NCBI GenBank assembly: GCA_964016885.1
Contig: OZ024742.1
Coordinates: 149,110,001 to 149,174,000 of the forward strand
Direction: 5' to 3'
Source: Eledone cirrhosa
Lineage: Eukaryota
DNA: 64,000 nucleotides
Translations under genes and position numbers: made by a program
In this document: positions 60,972-64,000 of the stretch, one piece after another
Numbering within the stretch: the first letter of the stretch is position 1
Layout of the letters: each line of letters opens with the position of its first letter
The notes under the pieces: model-generated
Database searches by the model: none
The model's input: the letters and a program-made list of their open reading frames with translations, nothing else
What the model was told of the DNA's origin: nothing

Positions 60972-62208
60972 GTGAGTATCACTCAACCTGAAAGCTGCTT
61001 CTCTTTCTCCCTTTCTTATTTTTAAGAGCACTGTTTTCTTACACTAAGCTTACTGATTATCTAGTGTATATTAGGTGTTGTGATAGGATTTTCTGAATAG
61101 TGTAAAAGAACTGGACCTAAACATGGCCTTGTGGTATCACAGACAGATATTTGATAATGTATGCATGGCTGTGTGGGGACACAGACAGGGAAGTGTTGGG
61201 ATGCAAGCAGAGCTGTGTAGATGTTTGCTTTGCAACCATACAGTCTTGGGTTTAATCCCACTTTCTGGCTCCTCTGGAAATTGTCTTCTACCATAGCATT
61301 ATGTTGAACAATACCTTATTAATGGAATTTGGTAGATGGGAACATGTTGAGTGTTTATGTGTGTATTGGCTAAAGATGTAAACATCGGTCAAAAAACCTC
61401 CCAAAACTTATGTCTTCAAACAAAAATACCATATGTGGTTTTTGTGCCAGACTTTCACCATTGTAAGTAGAGTGAACCAGTAATTGACCATTAGAAATCT
61501 GTTCATAAATTGTGATATAAAATCAATAAATAACTGCTTTGCCAATTGAAAAAGGTTAATATTGGGTAACTAGGTATGACATGGATTGTTTGTTATTTTG
61601 TGCTGGCTAATCATATACCAGCAGGCAAGTATCTTTTACTATACAAATTTGGTATTATCAGTGACCAGCTGGAAAATTGTGCTATTTATAACAAAGGAGG
61701 AACTGAATTAAGTCAGGCTAATTTAATCTGTTGAACCTATTTATATAAAAGGCTTGATATTTAACCAAGTTTCATCTAGATGGAGCTTTCTGTAAAAGTT
61801 GTGGACCAACTTTAGTATATTATTTTAGACGGCGAATTGGTAGAGCCATTAGAATGTTGGATAGAATGCTTTGCAGTATTCATTTCAGCTCTCTAATTTC
61901 AAATCTTGCTGAGGTGAACTTTGCCTTTCATCCTTTCAAGATCAAATAAAAAAAAATACCAGTCTAGTACTTGGGTCAATTCTTCCTCTATATTGCTTTC
62001 TCACTTTCACCCTCTTTCTTTCACCCTCTATCCTTCTCTGGAAGAAATCTGCTGTGTTCAGATCTGGAGATGAGATGAACTCCACCAGGTTTAAAATTCC
62101 CAAGAAACTTCATCAGGAGTTTTGGGTAAAAAAAAAAAATGATTATAAATCTTATGTTGAAATTTTTTATATATGTTAAGTTTTACTCTCTTTTATTCTT
62201 GTTTTCAG

Positions 62209-62305
62209 ATTTGATATCAATATTGCCAGTAAGGTACTTGCTAAAAAGTTCAATGATATCTGGTATAAAGGACTTGTTCATGATGTGAGCTATAAAGAAA
62301 AATCA
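62209..62305 (+). CDS. SETDB1: SETDB1-like exon, start of Tudor 1 (FDINIASKVLAKKFNDIWYKGLVHDVSYKEKS)
   Basis: Resembles SETDB1 RILGKKRTKTWHKG; phase 2 to 0. Confidence 0.88.
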
Positions 62306-63534
62306 GTAAGTAAAATGTGTTAAAAGAATTTTCAGTTATGAACAGATTGCCTTTTTATCTAAAGAAACATTGTTAGAGGTCTTTGTGTGTGTGTGTGTGG
62401 ACATGTTAACATGGTTTTCAGTATTTCTGAGTTAGATGGTGCTGCAATGTTAGGCTTTTCTTTGAATTGTTTTATTGTTGGGTACCTTTCAACTTTGAAG
62501 TATAAGGATGATTATTGTGCAGCTAATTAGATTGAGCTAAGTGTAAGATCTGTTTTACCTGTACACATAACACTTATTGACTACAGCAAAGTTTTAATTT
62601 ATCATCTTGCAGTTATCAGCAAAGGTCTTTTAATGTTGTACACAATTCTTTGGATTACTATTTTAGTCTTATTAGGAGGTCTATATTTGGATGCTGGAAT
62701 GTCATTGGAATTGTGCATTAACATTTTAGTCTTCACTTTTAACTGGCTATTGATATGGATATTAGTGGGCCCAAACTATTTATTTGTCTATTGATATTGG
62801 CTGACTATTGTTATCCTGTTTAGAATAGGTACACTTTATTCCTGTGTGTTGTAAAAGATGACTAAAAGAGATGGTGCCAGGAAGAGTGTCTGGTTGTAAA
62901 ACATTGCTTCAAAAAAGACTATGATGAACATGAAGCCTTTTATAGAATCCACATGGTTAATCCTTGCTTTAGCAGGGTAAAATGGCCTTTAAGGATTTCA
63001 GTCTTTTGCAGTAGATGTAATTGCAGTTTTCAATTGAAAATGTATTGTTCACTTGCAAGTAATGGTTAAAATTCTACTGTAGAACATAAAATCATTTTCT
63101 ATTGATAAGGAATATAACAATAGAAAATGATTTTATGTCTTGTACTTATCAGAATTCTGTTTGTTAATCAGCTCATTTGATCATGTGTATCTGGTTTAGA
63201 ATAGGTACACCATATCTCTGTATGTCATAAAAAGTGATTAAAAAGGTTGGTTTCTGGAAGGGCATCTAGCTGTAAAACATTGCCTTAGAAAGTCCAACCT
63301 ATGCCTGCATAGAAAAGTTGATGTAAAAATGATGATGTGATGATAATTATCGGTTTTGCCAGTCTAACATCCAATGAGGGTTAGTTTTTACATAGCCATA
63401 TGTCTCTAACTTTTGTCATTTTGGCAATGAAATTTAACTATGATCTACTCAGCTCTATATCTCTGTTACTATCTACTTTATAACATTTGATATTCTTGTA
63501 TGCTAAGCCTGTTTTATTTGTGATGGAATATTGA

Positions 63535-63740
63535 TTTCTAATTTAGGTACAAGGCCAACAAATTTGGGGGAAAGGTAAAGTTGATTGAATCAACCCTAGT
63601 ACTTGATTAGTACTTTATTTTATCAACCCCGGAAAGTTGAAAAGCAAAGTTGACTTTGGTGGGATTTGAACTCAGAATGCAAACAGCCAGAACAAATGCT
63701 GCAATGACATTGTATCCAATGCTTTACCAACTCCGCCAAT
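63535..63740 (-). mobile_element. Older copy of the main SINE family
   Basis: Degenerate core match; similar old copies at ~31615-31770, 55120-55250, 57510-57680 and 61830-61980. Confidence 0.7.
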
Positions 63741-63841
63741 CCTCATGTGGTGGAATATTAGAACAAAAATGGGGTAGTGGTGGTGGTAAACAACTCAGAA
63801 ACAAAAAAACTAATAATTTTAGTGTTTTCTTTTATTTTCAG

Positions 63842-63953
63842 AAAAAATTTAAAATAAAATTTGATGGGAAAGGCACTAAAATTCTTGGTGCTAAACATGT
63901 TGCCTTTTTTGAGAACTGGAACATTCCAATTAAAGTTGGCAGCAGAGTAGTCG
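63842..63953 (+). CDS. SETDB1: SETDB1-like exon, Tudor region (KKFKIKFDGKGTKILGAKHVAFFENWNIPIKVGSRVV)
   Basis: Strong resemblance to SETDB1 [22 protein letters not shown]...LYVGSRVV; CAG acceptor, G|GTAAGT donor; gene continues beyond the window. Confidence 0.9.
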
Positions 63954-64000
63954 GTAAGTACATTTCATGGACTTTGTAATAAAATTTTGATTTATTGGTG

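Overview
AT-rich, microsatellite-rich animal genomic DNA. The SINE/LINE content points to an octopod cephalopod (inferred, not confirmed). The right third holds the 5' part of a + strand SETDB1/eggless-like H3K9 methyltransferase gene: putative first exon at ~47891, then a phase-consistent exon chain to 63953 reaching the first Tudor domain. A possible first exon of an unidentified - strand gene lies at ~14068-14112. Between them is a dense mobile-element field: RTE and CR1/L2 LINEs, a young tRNA-derived SINE family, mariner and Tigger relics, Helitrons, and a nested Helitron > pogo MITE > non-autonomous LTR element. The most striking signal is a cluster of Penelope-like elements (PLEs) and PLE terminal-repeat fragments, mostly next to (TA)n tracts and often with inverted terminal arms. 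Together they carry eight apparently intact type I hammerhead ribozyme motifs from six distinct sequence families (some with unusually long stem II), one copy with its core deleted, and a decayed copy inside a SETDB1 intron. Several long perfect hairpins were also found. All calls were made by eye, without database searches.
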